A model generated the notes under the pieces. It saw only the letters and a list, made by a program, of their open reading frames with translations. It searched no databases and was not told where the DNA came from. Shown here one piece after another: positions 63,421 through 64,000 of a DNA stretch of 64,000 nt. The stretch's first letter is position 1, and every line of letters starts with the position of its first letter. The stretch comes from Camelus dromedarius (Eukaryota). The stretch is from contig NC_087436.1 in NCBI RefSeq assembly GCF_036321535.1, positions 72,232,001-72,296,000 of the forward strand, in the 5' to 3' direction. Made by a program: the position numbers and the translations under genes.

Positions 63421-64000
63421 GAGACTTAAGTTCAAGTCCTCAGCGCGTTGATCATTCTGCAGAACTAAGTGCCAATGAGGAAGGTAAATGATGGTCTCCC
63501 AACTAGTTTTCACTCATTTGGTGTTTTTCACTTTTGGTCCACCTTGTGCATCATCACCCAAATTATCTTCAAAGTCCAAAGTCCTTAGCATGGCACCCAA
63601 GGGTGTGCCACACTCACTTCCCCTCTGTGCCTTAGTTTCCTCATCTCTAAAATGGGGATGGGTGTCTACTTCATATATTACTGTGAGGACTAAATGGATG
63701 ATTTATGCAAAACACGTGGCATAGTTCCTCATACATAGTCTGTGTTTAAAAATCAGCAAGCATTAATTATTATTATTCTTTCAATATTGCTCTTAATCCA
63801 CAATCCCAGTCAGTTTGGAGTGTTGAGTCAGGCAGTTAACAGAGTAATCCTTGGTGATAAGTAGCCAATAAAAAGTTGTAATAACAATAAGTTTCTCAAA
63901 ACAAATAAGCTTTGAGAGAATACATTGGAAATGGGGTGTGGGTGGTACATACTTTTTTGCTTATATTCCTTTTACTTCCTGCTTCAAACAACATGCTTAG

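Overview
Mammalian genomic DNA, most likely a camelid (judged from the tRNA-derived SINE family and the L1 3' tails). It is part of the CXC-chemokine cluster. Bases 1-43,000 are gene-free and repeat-rich (L1, L2/MIR, MaLR/ERV LTRs, SINEs) with a few candidate NF-kB/ETS enhancers. Three intact spliced + strand genes follow in the conserved order CXCL5/6-like (4 exons, 113 aa, ELR+), PPBP/CXCL7 (3 exons, 119 or 128 aa) and PF4/CXCL4 (3 exons, 117 or 105 aa). Apart from ORFs overlapping these exons or decayed L1 ORF2, the ORF track is noise. I see no evidence of a wholly new biological system. The most interesting points are: in-frame dual splice sites that would switch the mature N-termini of PPBP (+/-9 aa) and PF4 (+/-12 aa); a 27-nt identity between PPBP and PF4 exon 2; GATA in place of TATA in two core promoters; a TSD-flanked retrocopy of an unidentified 3' end; an internally deleted L1 retaining both termini; and a solo LTR convergent with PF4. 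Repeat family names and comparisons with other species come from recall, not from searches.
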